Source of the DNA: Cylindrospermopsis raciborskii Cr2010
Lineage (GTDB): Bacteria > Cyanobacteriota > Cyanobacteriia > Cyanobacteriales > Nostocaceae
Length of the DNA: 32,000 bases
NCBI RefSeq assembly: GCF_003367075.2
Contig: NZ_CP065936.1
Span: forward strand, 3,090,001-3,122,000
Direction: 5' to 3'
The notes under the pieces were generated by a model. The model was given only the letters and a program-made list of their open reading frames with translations, had not been told where the DNA came from and made no database searches. Within the stretch, counting starts at the first letter, position 1. The number at the start of each line of letters is the position of its first letter. Below, piece by piece: positions 18,273 through 26,854 of this stretch. The translations under genes and the position numbers were made by a program.

Positions 18273-18292
18273 CTTAGTGATTGTCGCGTTGA

Positions 18293-19645
18293 TTATCGCA
18301 TGGTGACAAATTCTTCAGCTGAACTTGGATGAATCCCTACGGTAGCATCAAAGTTGGCTTTAGTTGCTCCCATTTTAATAGCAATTGCAACTCCTTGAAT
18401 AATTTCCGCTGCATTATTTCCCACCATGTGAGCCCCCAGGACTAAATCACTGGTTTGCTCCACCACTAATTTCATCATGGTTTTTTCTTCTTTCCCTGCT
18501 AGGGTATAGTACATGGGACGAAAACGACTGCGATAAACTTTCACCGCGTCACCATATTTCTCCCGTGCTTGTTCTTCTGTTAGTCCCACTGTAGCTGCTT
18601 CTGGTGTGGTAAAAATAGCTGTAGGCACATTTTCATAACTCATGGTGCGAGACTTACCTCCGAAGACAGTATCAGCAAATGCCCTACCTTCATTTATCGC
18701 TACCGGGGTTAAGTTAATTTTGTTGGTACAGTCACCTACAGCATAAATATTCTCCTCTTCTGTGCGACTATACTCATCTACCACGATCGCCCCCTGGTCT
18801 AATTGGATTTTGGTGTTTTCCAATCCCAAATTTTCAGTTTTTGGTTTGCGACCTAAAGCTGCTAAACTTACCGCATCAACAATTACTGTGTCTTCTTCTT
18901 GTCCATCCTGACGGAATTTAACTTGGAATATTTCGCCTTCTTTTTCTATAGCACTTACCTGAGCATGATTAATAATATTAATACCGTGATCACTCATACC
19001 CTGTTGAATTTCACTTCGTAAATTATGGTCAAAACCACGTAAAATCATATCACCACGAATAATTTGGGTGACTTCTGTGCCCAATCCATTCATAATACAG
19101 GCAAACTCGCTCCCAATATAACCACCACCCAAAATCACCATTTTTTGCGGTTGGGTTTTCAGGTGGAACATGTCGTCAGATACAATGGCATGTTCAATTC
19201 CGGGGATATTCGGTTTAGTTGGATAGCCGCCTACTGCAATTAGTATTTTGTCTGCTGTGATTTGGCGTTCACCAACTGTAATGGTATGGGTGTCAACAAG
19301 TTTGCCATACCCCTGTATAACCTCCACTTGGGAATTATCTAACATTCTCTGATAAATCCCATTCAAACGGTTTACCTCGTTATTGACTGCGTTAATCATC
19401 TTTTCCCAATCTAGGGAACTGGTCACACTACCCCACCCATAACCTACAGCATCGGAAAACAATCCCGGAAAATGGGAAGCATAAACCATCAGTTTCTTGG
19501 GCACACAACCACGATTTACACAGGTTCCACCTAATCTATCAAACTCAGCAATTCCTACCTTTGCTCCATATTCTGCTGCTCTTCTAGCTGTAGCAATACC
19601 ACCAGAACCTGCACCAATTACAAATAAGTCAAAATCGTAATTCAT
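18293..19645 (-). CDS. gor: glutathione-disulfide reductase
   Basis: 450 aa. FAD motif VIGAGSGG, redox-active GGTCVNRGCVPKK, and the C-terminal HPSSAEEFVTMR typical of glutathione reductase. Confidence 0.9.
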   Translation of the reverse strand: MNYDFDLFVIGAGSGGIATARRAAEYGAKVGIAEFDRLGGTCVNRGCVPKKLMVYASHFPGLFSDAVGYGWGSVTSSLDWEKMINAVNNEVNRLNGIYQRMLDNSQVEVIQGYGKLVDTHTITVGERQITADKILIAVGGYPTKPNIPGIEHAIVSDDMFHLKTQPQKMVILGGGYIGSEFACIMNGLGTEVTQIIRGDMILRGFDHNLRSEIQQGMSDHGINIINHAQVSAIEKEGEIFQVKFRQDGQEEDTVIVDAVSLAALGRKPKTENLGLENTKIQLDQGAIVVDEYSRTEEENIYAVGDCTNKINLTPVAINEGRAFADTVFGGKSRTMSYENVPTAIFTTPEAATVGLTEEQAREKYGDAVKVYRSRFRPMYYTLAGKEEKTMMKLVVEQTSDLVLGAHMVGNNAAEIIQGVAIAIKMGATKANFDATVGIHPSSAEEFVTMR

Positions 19646-19741
19646 CTTTATAATTTCTTAATTACTATCGGTTTAATTAGTTTAATTAGTGAACCATACC
19701 AGTGGGTGAGAAGGAATCATTCCTTCCCACATTTTATTTCA

Positions 19742-20275
19742 CTATCTTACGCTTTGCAGGTATTTTAGCATGGTGTCTGCATCGGAAACTTCAAAGGGAT
19801 CAGTAGGACAATTATCTTCGTAACCAGGTTCAACAAACATCTTTTCTATGTGACAGTTATTCACTACCATGGAATAACGCCAAGATCTCATCCCAAAACC
19901 TAGGTTGGACTTGTCCACTAACATACCCATTTTACGGGTAAATTCTCCATTACCATCTGGTAACAAAAACACTTTCTGCGCTCCCTGCTGTTTACCCCAC
20001 TGGTACATAACAAAAGCATCATTCACAGACACACAAATTACTTCATCTACACCCAAACTCTTGAACTCGTCATACAGCTCTTCATAGCGTGGTAAATGGG
20101 AAGTAGAACAAGTGGGAGTAAAAGCTCCTGGTAATGAAAACACAACTACACGCTTACCAGCAAACAACTGCTGCGTAGTCCGATCTTGCCAACGGAAAGG
20201 ATTGGGACCACCTATCAGCTCGTCACGAACCCGGGTTTTGAAAACAACGTCAGGAACGGTTTGAATTACAGCCAT
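19742..20275 (-). CDS. type II (Prx5-like) peroxiredoxin
   Basis: 177 aa. [12 protein letters not shown] peroxidatic-Cys motif. Strong resemblance to the cyanobacterial PrxII encoded divergently from perR in Synechocystis (sll1621), as I remember that sequence. Confidence 0.9.
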   Translation of the reverse strand: MAVIQTVPDVVFKTRVRDELIGGPNPFRWQDRTTQQLFAGKRVVVFSLPGAFTPTCSTSHLPRYEELYDEFKSLGVDEVICVSVNDAFVMYQWGKQQGAQKVFLLPDGNGEFTRKMGMLVDKSNLGFGMRSWRYSMVVNNCHIEKMFVEPGYEDNCPTDPFEVSDADTMLKYLQSVR

Positions 20276-20325
20276 GTTAACCTCTTCGTTTAATTGATAA
20301 ATTTGTGTTTATGTCTATTCTTATC

Positions 20326-20340
20326 TCAGAATAATTCTGA
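20326..20340. promoter_or_regulatory. perfect 7-1-7 palindrome TCAGAATaATTCTGA; candidate PerR/Fur-type operator
   Basis: Verified base by base as a perfect inverted repeat around a central A. Lies 51-65 nt upstream of the prx start and 121-135 nt upstream of the Fur-family gene start. Same 7-1-7 architecture as Fur/PerR boxes. Confidence 0.5.
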
Positions 20341-20460
20341 TTTAATAAAAAGTCAATAGTAATAAATACTTATTTTTTTTATTAAATAGTAAATGGCATT
20401 AGTTTTGGGATATGCTAAACTAGGCCTAATGTAAAAATTTTCATCAATAAGATTAGGATC

Positions 20461-20880
20461 ATGCAGGAGCAAGCAAACGCAATTATTAAAACCTTAAAAT
20501 CTAAGGGATTGAGGGTGACTCCCCAGCGCTTTGCAGTGTATGCAAATTTGTTATCTCGTACCGATCATCCCACAGTAGATCAAATCTTGACGGATCTGAA
20601 TAAAGACTTTCCAGTTTCATCCCAAGCGACCATATATAGCTCTTTACAAGCTCTAAGGGAAGTGGGACTAGTTAGGGAGGTGCTCCTACAGGAGGGGGTA
20701 TCTCGCTATGATGCGAATATACAACCCCATCATCATTTTTGCTGTCAGCGTTGTGGAGGAATTGAAGATATACCTTGGGACACCTTTGAATGTATAGAAC
20801 TAAAAAATCTCCGTCCTGGTCTGCGGGGAAAGACTTACCAGGTTACGGTTCATGGAACATGTGATAATTGTCGAGAATAG
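20461..20880 (+). CDS. perR: Fur-family regulator, PerR-like
   Basis: 139 aa. N-terminal winged helix, metal sites PHHHFCCQRCG and HGTCDNC. Divergent from a type II peroxiredoxin, as in the Synechocystis perR-prxII pair. Confidence 0.7.
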   Translation: MQEQANAIIKTLKSKGLRVTPQRFAVYANLLSRTDHPTVDQILTDLNKDFPVSSQATIYSSLQALREVGLVREVLLQEGVSRYDANIQPHHHFCCQRCGGIEDIPWDTFECIELKNLRPGLRGKTYQVTVHGTCDNCRE

Positions 20881-20890
20881 AAAAGACACA

Positions 20891-21529
20891 TCAGGAATTA
20901 ACTGACGATTTGACACTTTGCGCCAAATTATATATCCCTCCCAAATCTAAACGATAGCTCAAGGGATGAACAATTAATCGAGCAGTACTTTCATACAAGG
21001 TGGCAATTTCTACCAGTCCGTTTTCCCGGAGAGTCTTTCCGGTGGAAACAATATCCACAATCGCTTCCGACATCCCCGTAATTGGTCCTAGTTCCACTGA
21101 ACCATATAAAGGTACTATTTCCACTGGTAAGTCCAAACTTTCAAAATACTCCCGAGCGCAGTTAACATATTTAGAAGCTACACGACCGTGAGCAGGTAGG
21201 TCTAGGGGTGATTTATAAGAACTGGTAGACTTTACCGCCACGGACATTCGACAATACCCAAACTTTAGGTCAACTAATTGTCCTACTTGTGGTTTTTTTT
21301 CTTTTAGCACATCATAACCGACAATACCCAGTTGCGCTTGACCATATTCAACATATACAGGTACATCTTGCGCTCTGACTAACAGTCCCTTAGCTTTTCC
21401 ACTAGCATCATAAATTTGCAATTGACGGTTTCCAGCATCTAGGAAGGCACTAAAATCCAAACCAGCAGATTGCATTAGTTGAATGCTATTTTTAAGTAAT
21501 TCCCCTTTTGGTAGTGCAACAGTCAGCAT
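20891..21529 (-). CDS. hisG: ATP phosphoribosyltransferase, short form
   Basis: 212 aa. [27 protein letters not shown]-terminus and [14 protein letters not shown] motif. The short length implies dependence on HisZ. Confidence 0.9.
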   Translation of the reverse strand: MLTVALPKGELLKNSIQLMQSAGLDFSAFLDAGNRQLQIYDASGKAKGLLVRAQDVPVYVEYGQAQLGIVGYDVLKEKKPQVGQLVDLKFGYCRMSVAVKSTSSYKSPLDLPAHGRVASKYVNCAREYFESLDLPVEIVPLYGSVELGPITGMSEAIVDIVSTGKTLRENGLVEIATLYESTARLIVHPLSYRLDLGGIYNLAQSVKSSVNS

Positions 21530-21578
21530 TATTTTTTTTGATATGTTTGTCTTTGGGGTTTATTATCTCACTAGGAGC

Positions 21579-22289
21579 ATGAAAATTTTATTAGTTGATG
21601 ATGAAGTGGAACTGACGGATCCTCTAGGGCGGATCTTGACCCGCGAAGGATATATAGTGGACATAACATATAATGGCAAAAGCGGTAGTGAACTAGCACA
21701 AACAAGAACCTATGATTTATTGATTTTAGATTGGATGTTACCGGAAAAAACCGGGTTGGAAATTTGCCAGGAATTGCGTCGTCAGGGCAAAAATATCCCC
21801 GTTTTATTCCTCACCGCTAAGGACACCTTAGATGACCGAGTTCAGGGTTTAGATGCGGGTGGAGATGATTATCTAGTCAAACCATTTGAGCTAAGGGAGT
21901 TACTGGCCAGGGTTCGTGCCCTGTTGCGTCGTTCTAGTGTTGATAGTTATACCATAACGGGAAAGTTAGCAGTGGGGGACTTAGAACTAGATATGGAAAA
22001 TCAGGTCGCCCATCGTCAGGGAAGAATAATAGAGCTATCAGAAAAAGAAAGTCAACTCCTAAAATATTTTATGGAAAATCCAGAACAATTACTAACTCAT
22101 GGTCAAATTATGCAACACTTATGGAAAGGGGAAAAACCACCAGAGAGTAACGTCATTGCTGCGTTAATTCGTCTGTTGCGACGTAAGATTGAGTTAGGTG
22201 GAGAGTCTACATTAATTCACACCGTCTATGGTAAAGGATATCGTTTTAGTTACCATAATTACACGTTACAGACTACCCGAAAACCATAG
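21579..22289 (+). CDS. OmpR-family response regulator
   Basis: ATG 21579 follows AGGAG. Receiver domain has MKILLVDDE, LLILDWMLP (phospho-acceptor Asp), LTAKD and LVKPF. C-terminal winged helix has VYGKGYRF. The track's upstream extension is rejected. Confidence 0.9.
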   Translation: MKILLVDDEVELTDPLGRILTREGYIVDITYNGKSGSELAQTRTYDLLILDWMLPEKTGLEICQELRRQGKNIPVLFLTAKDTLDDRVQGLDAGGDDYLVKPFELRELLARVRALLRRSSVDSYTITGKLAVGDLELDMENQVAHRQGRIIELSEKESQLLKYFMENPEQLLTHGQIMQHLWKGEKPPESNVIAALIRLLRRKIELGGESTLIHTVYGKGYRFSYHNYTLQTTRKP

Positions 22290-23077
22290 TGGTCGTTATA
22301 GTAGTCGAAGTTGAAGTCACGAGAAGCACAACGACAGATCCTATTTAAATTAATCCAGGAACCACCACGTATCACTTTATATTGGCTACTCTCATCAATC
22401 CAGGGACTACCATCATTTGGCGCGCCCTGATAGTTTCGATGCCATGTATCTAAACACCACTCACACACATTACCGTGCATATCATACAAACCAAAGGCAT
22501 TGGGCGGAAATATTCCCACTTCTGTGGTTTGTTGTCGCCATTCTCCCTTGGTCACTGAACCCTGGGTGTAGTTGCCATTGTAGTTGGCTAAATCCGTATT
22601 AATACTTCCACCAAAATGAAATGGAGTGATAGTACCAGCTCTACAGGCGTATTCCCATTGAGCTTCACTGGGCAAGGTATAGTTTTTTCCTGTTTTTTTA
22701 CTTAATTGCTCACAGAACTTCCCAGCTTCAATCCAGGTTACTCTTTCCACCGGGCGTTTTCTACCTGGGAATCGAGAGGGATTTTCTCCCATTAGAACCT
22801 GATACTGCTCTTGTGTTATTTGATATTTACCCATGAAAAATGGGGGTACTGTTACTTGATGTTGGGGACTCTCGTAATTATACCTCCCCTCCTCATTTTC
22901 TGGAGAACCCATGGTAAATACTCCCCCTGGGATTTCCACCATTTTCAGTCTTATAGGGCCTATTTCTTCTAAGAAGTACCTAGCACTACCGTCGGTTCTA
23001 CTAATTATCTCTCCTGTTTGATTAGTAGTTATTAAGTCAAACTTGAAATTTTCCAGATTTTCCAATTGAGGACACAT
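22259..23077 (-). CDS. formylglycine-generating enzyme (FGE-sulfatase/SUMF1) domain protein, stand-alone
   Basis: 272 aa. Motifs: MVEIPGGVFTMGSP, RVTWIEAGKFC, YTLPSEAQWEYACRAG, GLYDMHGNVCEWCLD, IRGGSW and YGFRVV. Confidence 0.85.
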   Translation of the reverse strand: MCPQLENLENFKFDLITTNQTGEIISRTDGSARYFLEEIGPIRLKMVEIPGGVFTMGSPENEEGRYNYESPQHQVTVPPFFMGKYQITQEQYQVLMGENPSRFPGRKRPVERVTWIEAGKFCEQLSKKTGKNYTLPSEAQWEYACRAGTITPFHFGGSINTDLANYNGNYTQGSVTKGEWRQQTTEVGIFPPNAFGLYDMHGNVCEWCLDTWHRNYQGAPNDGSPWIDESSQYKVIRGGSWINLNRICRCASRDFNFDYYNDHYGFRVVCNV

Positions 23078-23227
23078 TGGTTTGGTTTAATGGCTGCAAT
23101 TGCGTTAAAATCGAAACATAACCAAAAGGAATAAAGGGGTTGCCATTTAGCCTTGTAGCGGTTGACCCGCTACAGACTCACAATTTTATACAAATTGTTT
23201 GAACGGTTATAAACCGGTGCACTGGTA

Positions 23228-23323
23228 TTACTTGTAAAGTTCGGTAGCTAAACGCCAAGCCAAAATACCTGGAATTAAAGCTACGGCCAAGGCAATGTAA
23301 ACTTGAGTATCTGAGATAGACAT
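23228..23323 (-). CDS. psaM: photosystem I reaction center subunit XII (PsaM)
   Basis: Absent from the ORF track because it is too short. Hand translation of the minus strand gives MSISDTQVYIALAVALIPGILAWRLATELYK plus TAA. This closely matches cyanobacterial PsaM (31 aa, ...SDTQV...LA.RL.TELYK). GGAGGG lies upstream of the ATG. Confidence 0.9.
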   Translation of the reverse strand: MSISDTQVYIALAVALIPGILAWRLATELYK

Positions 23324-23427
23324 GGTGGTAACCCTCCAAAAAACAGGATGAATTGACATCTCCCAGCTATTTTACGGTTTTACCACAATTGAGACACATA
23401 TTTTTACAAGACGCAACATGAACCAAA

Positions 23428-24693
23428 ATGACGTTGTATTTAGGTATTGATTTTGGTACTTCCGGCGCCCGGGGCATAGTAATCGATGAAGATTCCACTA
23501 TTAGGGGAGAAATTCGTCTTCTTTGCCATCCTGATCGGGGTGATGCGGTGGTATGGCGAGCGACTTTATGGGAGCTTTTAGGGGCAATTTCCCAGGACCT
23601 CCGTCGACAAATCAGGGGAATTGCCATTAATGGCACTTCTTCTACTGTTTTGCTGACAAATGCTATTGGTGAACCCGTGTGCCCACCCCTATTATACAAG
23701 GACGGAAGGGGGTCAGTCTTTATTAAGCGTTTAGCTGAGGTAGCTCCCCCCAACCATACTGTTATCAGTGCCACCTCTACCTTGGCTAAATTATTATGGA
23801 TGCAGCAGTTACCTAATTTTTCTCAAGCTAGATATCTTCTACATCAAGCAGACTGGTTGGGTTTTCTTTTACATGGTAAACTGGGTTTTAGTGATTATCA
23901 CAATGCACTAAAGTTAGGTTATGACGTCAAGGAATTACAATATCCGAAATGGTTAGAGGATCTGAAAATTCCCATTAAATTACCAAAGGTTCTCACCCCG
24001 GGAGAAAGAATTGGCAAACTAATTCCTGGGGTAGCAGACCAATTTGGACTCAGACGTGATTGTTGGGTATGTGCAGGAACAACGGATAGTATTGCAGCAT
24101 TCCTAGCTAGTGGAGCTAAATTACCAGGGGAAGCAGTTACTTCCCTGGGATCGACCTTGGTTTTGAAACTTTTAAGTCGCACCCGAATAGAAGATGCACG
24201 ATATGGAATTTATAGTCACCGGTTGGGAAATTTGTGGTTAGCAGGGGGAGCTTCTAATACTGGAGGAGCAGTATTAAAAAAGTTTTTCACTGATCAAGAA
24301 TTGGTTAGTCTAAGTCAGGAAATAGATGGCTGTGCATCTAGTCAGTTAGATTATTATCCTTTGCTACAACCGGGCGATCGCTTTCCTGTGAACGATCCAA
24401 TGCTCGCACCGCGACTGGATCCCAGACCTGAAGGTCCAAGGGAATTTTTACATGGGTTGTTACAAGGTATGGCAAGAATAGAACAGAAGGGATACAATCT
24501 ATTAGAACAGCTGGGTGCAGATAAACTAATTCATGTTTATACTGCTGGTGGTGGAGCAGTTAATTCCACGTGGACTACTATGAGAAAGAGGTTTTTAAAA
24601 ACAAATGTCACACCATCCACCCACACGGAAGCAGCTTACGGAACTGCACTTTTAGCAATGGGTCTGCCAATTGACCACCAATTAACCAATTAA
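23428..24693 (+). CDS. FGGY-family carbohydrate kinase (xylulokinase/D-ribulokinase-like)
   Basis: 421 aa. Motifs: YLGIDFGTSGARG, AGTTDSIAAFLASG, and the GGASNTGG / YTAGGGAVNSTW actin-fold ATPase motifs. Confidence 0.8.
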   Translation: MTLYLGIDFGTSGARGIVIDEDSTIRGEIRLLCHPDRGDAVVWRATLWELLGAISQDLRRQIRGIAINGTSSTVLLTNAIGEPVCPPLLYKDGRGSVFIKRLAEVAPPNHTVISATSTLAKLLWMQQLPNFSQARYLLHQADWLGFLLHGKLGFSDYHNALKLGYDVKELQYPKWLEDLKIPIKLPKVLTPGERIGKLIPGVADQFGLRRDCWVCAGTTDSIAAFLASGAKLPGEAVTSLGSTLVLKLLSRTRIEDARYGIYSHRLGNLWLAGGASNTGGAVLKKFFTDQELVSLSQEIDGCASSQLDYYPLLQPGDRFPVNDPMLAPRLDPRPEGPREFLHGLLQGMARIEQKGYNLLEQLGADKLIHVYTAGGGAVNSTWTTMRKRFLKTNVTPSTHTEAAYGTALLAMGLPIDHQLTN

Positions 24694-24703
24694 AAGTTGT
24701 TAA

Positions 24704-26221
24704 TTAGTAGAGGTGTTTATGATCAATTTCCAAAGGTAAAAATATTGTCATTACCTCACCATATTGGGAATTTTGCCGCACAATCAACTTGCCACCTATA
24801 GACTGAAATAGGTGTTTGGTCGCAGCAACATTTAAACTAATAGTACCAGTCTCCGGTTGAAAGATTAACAATTGACCAAGCGCTTTACGAATGGGTATGT
24901 GAACATCTTTAGTAGAATTATGACAACCCAACCGAGGTAATAACTGTAATTTAAGTTGGTGACCTGCAGGAATAACTTGAACTTGAATAGAACTACCAGG
25001 GGGTAAACTGCGGGTAAAACTCTCCATTAAACCGGTTAGTACACGATCTAGCATAGCGGGATTGCTAACTACAGTTGGTAATTGTTGAGGTAAAGCTACA
25101 TCTAAAGTCAAATTACGTCGAGTTGCTGCTTGTTGCCAACGGGGAATAATTTGTTCTAGGATCTGATTTAAGGACATTGGTGTGAGCTGGGAACCAATTT
25201 GGGTGGTTTGGGAACTTGAAGTTTCAGAAGTTTCTAACTCTGCGGCCTTAAATAACAACTCCATACGGTCAATCTGCTCGGTACATTCGTGATCAATAAC
25301 TTCCAACCGTTTAACAACAGCTCCGGGTAGATCCTGTCGCTTTAATAACAGTCGTGTCATAGTACGAATAGTTGCCAAAGGTGTGCGCACCTCATGGGAA
25401 AATGCCTGCAGTAGTTCCACATCAGAACGGGAAGGAGGTTTTGCAGATGACAAAACGGGATCCTGGGGAAAGGAAAAGATGGGAAAAGAATGGGTGGACC
25501 TGTCAGTTGATTCTGGTAATTCAGCAAGCAGAAATTGACTAAATTGAATAATGGTTTGATAGTTTGGTGCAGTTAGGGGGTAATTCTCAACCCTAGCATC
25601 TAATTGGGAAAACAATTCTGGATTAGTCAAAACTAGTCTTGTTCCTAATGCTTGCCAAGCTTGTTTAACCACATTCGGCTCAAAGGAAAATAAAAACTCT
25701 TTTTTACTACCAGTGGGAGCTGATAATACTAAAGCCAGTGTAAACTTTTCTGTAAATACTAGGCAAAACTGTTCATTTCCCAGGGGATCGGGGGCTAATA
25801 AAGGTAAAATAGAATCCCCAGGGAGAATGCTATTATTGTTATTATACAGATGAGAATAGTAAGTATTGTTTCTAATAGTAGTATCTTGATCAAAGAGCAA
25901 ATTACCTTGGTCTGCTAACACTTTTGGTGGTACATCAAATGGCATTAATGCCAAAGGGTTAAAAGGTTTAGTCGCAAAGGTGACTGTCTGTAGGTTTTGG
26001 GTCAGATTAGGTTGACCGAACAGAGGAGTTGGTGCAGTCAAAACTAAACCTGGAGTAGTATAATGGAGTGTTGTAGGTGTTAGAGTGGTTAGGAGGAGAT
26101 GTTCTGCAGCAGCAAGACCGACACGCCATTGTTGTTCTGCTTTTTCAGATGAACATGGAACTGTGTGGGATTGGCTTTGGGCCAGAATTTCTGCCAAACT
26201 TGGTAAAATCCATTGGTACAC
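24704..26221 (-). CDS. soluble histidine kinase-like protein with an apparently degenerate ATP-binding domain
   Basis: 505 aa. Clear H-box FSHEVRTPLATIRT. The C-terminal ~150 aa has the right length for a catalytic domain, but I cannot find the N-box Asn, DxGxG or GxGxG. No transmembrane segments seen. Confidence 0.7.
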   Translation of the reverse strand: MYQWILPSLAEILAQSQSHTVPCSSEKAEQQWRVGLAAAEHLLLTTLTPTTLHYTTPGLVLTAPTPLFGQPNLTQNLQTVTFATKPFNPLALMPFDVPPKVLADQGNLLFDQDTTIRNNTYYSHLYNNNNSILPGDSILPLLAPDPLGNEQFCLVFTEKFTLALVLSAPTGSKKEFLFSFEPNVVKQAWQALGTRLVLTNPELFSQLDARVENYPLTAPNYQTIIQFSQFLLAELPESTDRSTHSFPIFSFPQDPVLSSAKPPSRSDVELLQAFSHEVRTPLATIRTMTRLLLKRQDLPGAVVKRLEVIDHECTEQIDRMELLFKAAELETSETSSSQTTQIGSQLTPMSLNQILEQIIPRWQQAATRRNLTLDVALPQQLPTVVSNPAMLDRVLTGLMESFTRSLPPGSSIQVQVIPAGHQLKLQLLPRLGCHNSTKDVHIPIRKALGQLLIFQPETGTISLNVAATKHLFQSIGGKLIVRQNSQYGEVMTIFLPLEIDHKHLY

Positions 26222-26560
26222 AGGTTTTCACCCTTTGATTGACTATAAGACGATTATTTGAACTATAGTTAAAGTATAATTAAAGTATACACCGCACTAC
26301 ATGATTTCTAGCTTATAGTCTTTTGTCTATTCGTGGGAGTGGTATAACCGAACTCCGCAGGTGGAATTTACCCAATTCCCTCAAAATACCTCACAATAGC
26401 TCTAATGTAAATGTGTGTTGCTATACGTCTTACCTGAAATAGATTGAATTTCGTCAAAAAATAAGTCTAAATAAAACTACATAGGATTTAAAATTCCCCT
26501 CATAAAAGACAATCTTGATAGCTACACCAGTAGTAGCTGATTAATTACTAACACTAAAAA

Positions 26561-26854
26561 CTACTTTTCCAAGACTGTATGGGAATAACAGTTCTTAGGA
26601 CAAATACGAGAACATGCTTGGCAACCAATACAATTTTCCGGTTGAGTAACAACCATCACCTTACGTTCAATTTCTTCATCATCTTCATCTTCTACAAATT
26701 CACCCTCTTCATTCAAGGCCATCAAACCTAAAACACTGTAACCACAAACCTTCATACACCTACCACAACCAATACATTTGTCCTTATCAATACCTTGGGC
26801 AAATTTAGGTGTCCAAGTTCCACCACCAAATGTCAATCCTGTTAATGTTGCCAT
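26561..26854 (-). CDS. fdxB: 2x[4Fe-4S] ferredoxin, nif-type ferredoxin III (FdxB-like)
   Basis: 97 aa. The N-terminus [37 protein letters not shown] matches the FdxB pattern (..LTG.T.GG..WTP.F...[13 protein letters not shown]). Acidic insert, then a second cluster motif [12 protein letters not shown]. Confidence 0.75.
   Translation of the reverse strand: MATLTGLTFGGGTWTPKFAQGIDKDKCIGCGRCMKVCGYSVLGLMALNEEGEFVEDEDDEEIERKVMVVTQPENCIGCQACSRICPKNCYSHTVLEK

Noticed and set aside
19672-19690. Tandem GTTTAATTA x2 upstream of gor
   Set aside because: Only two short AT-rich units, which is likely by chance in this composition.
21483-21578. 32-aa extension of the response regulator overlapping the hisG start
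   Set aside because: Receiver domains begin at MKILLVDDE. ATG 21579 has an AGGAG site, whereas the extension overlaps the hisG 5' end on the opposite strand.
23160-23185. Hairpin GTAGCGG-N5-CCGCTAC downstream of psaM as a rho-independent terminator
   Set aside because: The stem is real, but no U-run follows it on the minus strand, so a terminator call is not justified.
23367-23774. 135-aa minus-strand ORF
   Set aside because: It is antisense to the well-supported FGGY kinase N-terminus, with arginine/serine-rich shadow-ORF composition and no recognisable motif.
26269-26290. Tandem TTAAAGTATA(A/C) x2 upstream of the histidine kinase-like gene
   Set aside because: Only two units of 11 nt in AT-rich DNA. 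It might be a promoter element, but nothing beyond the duplication supports that.
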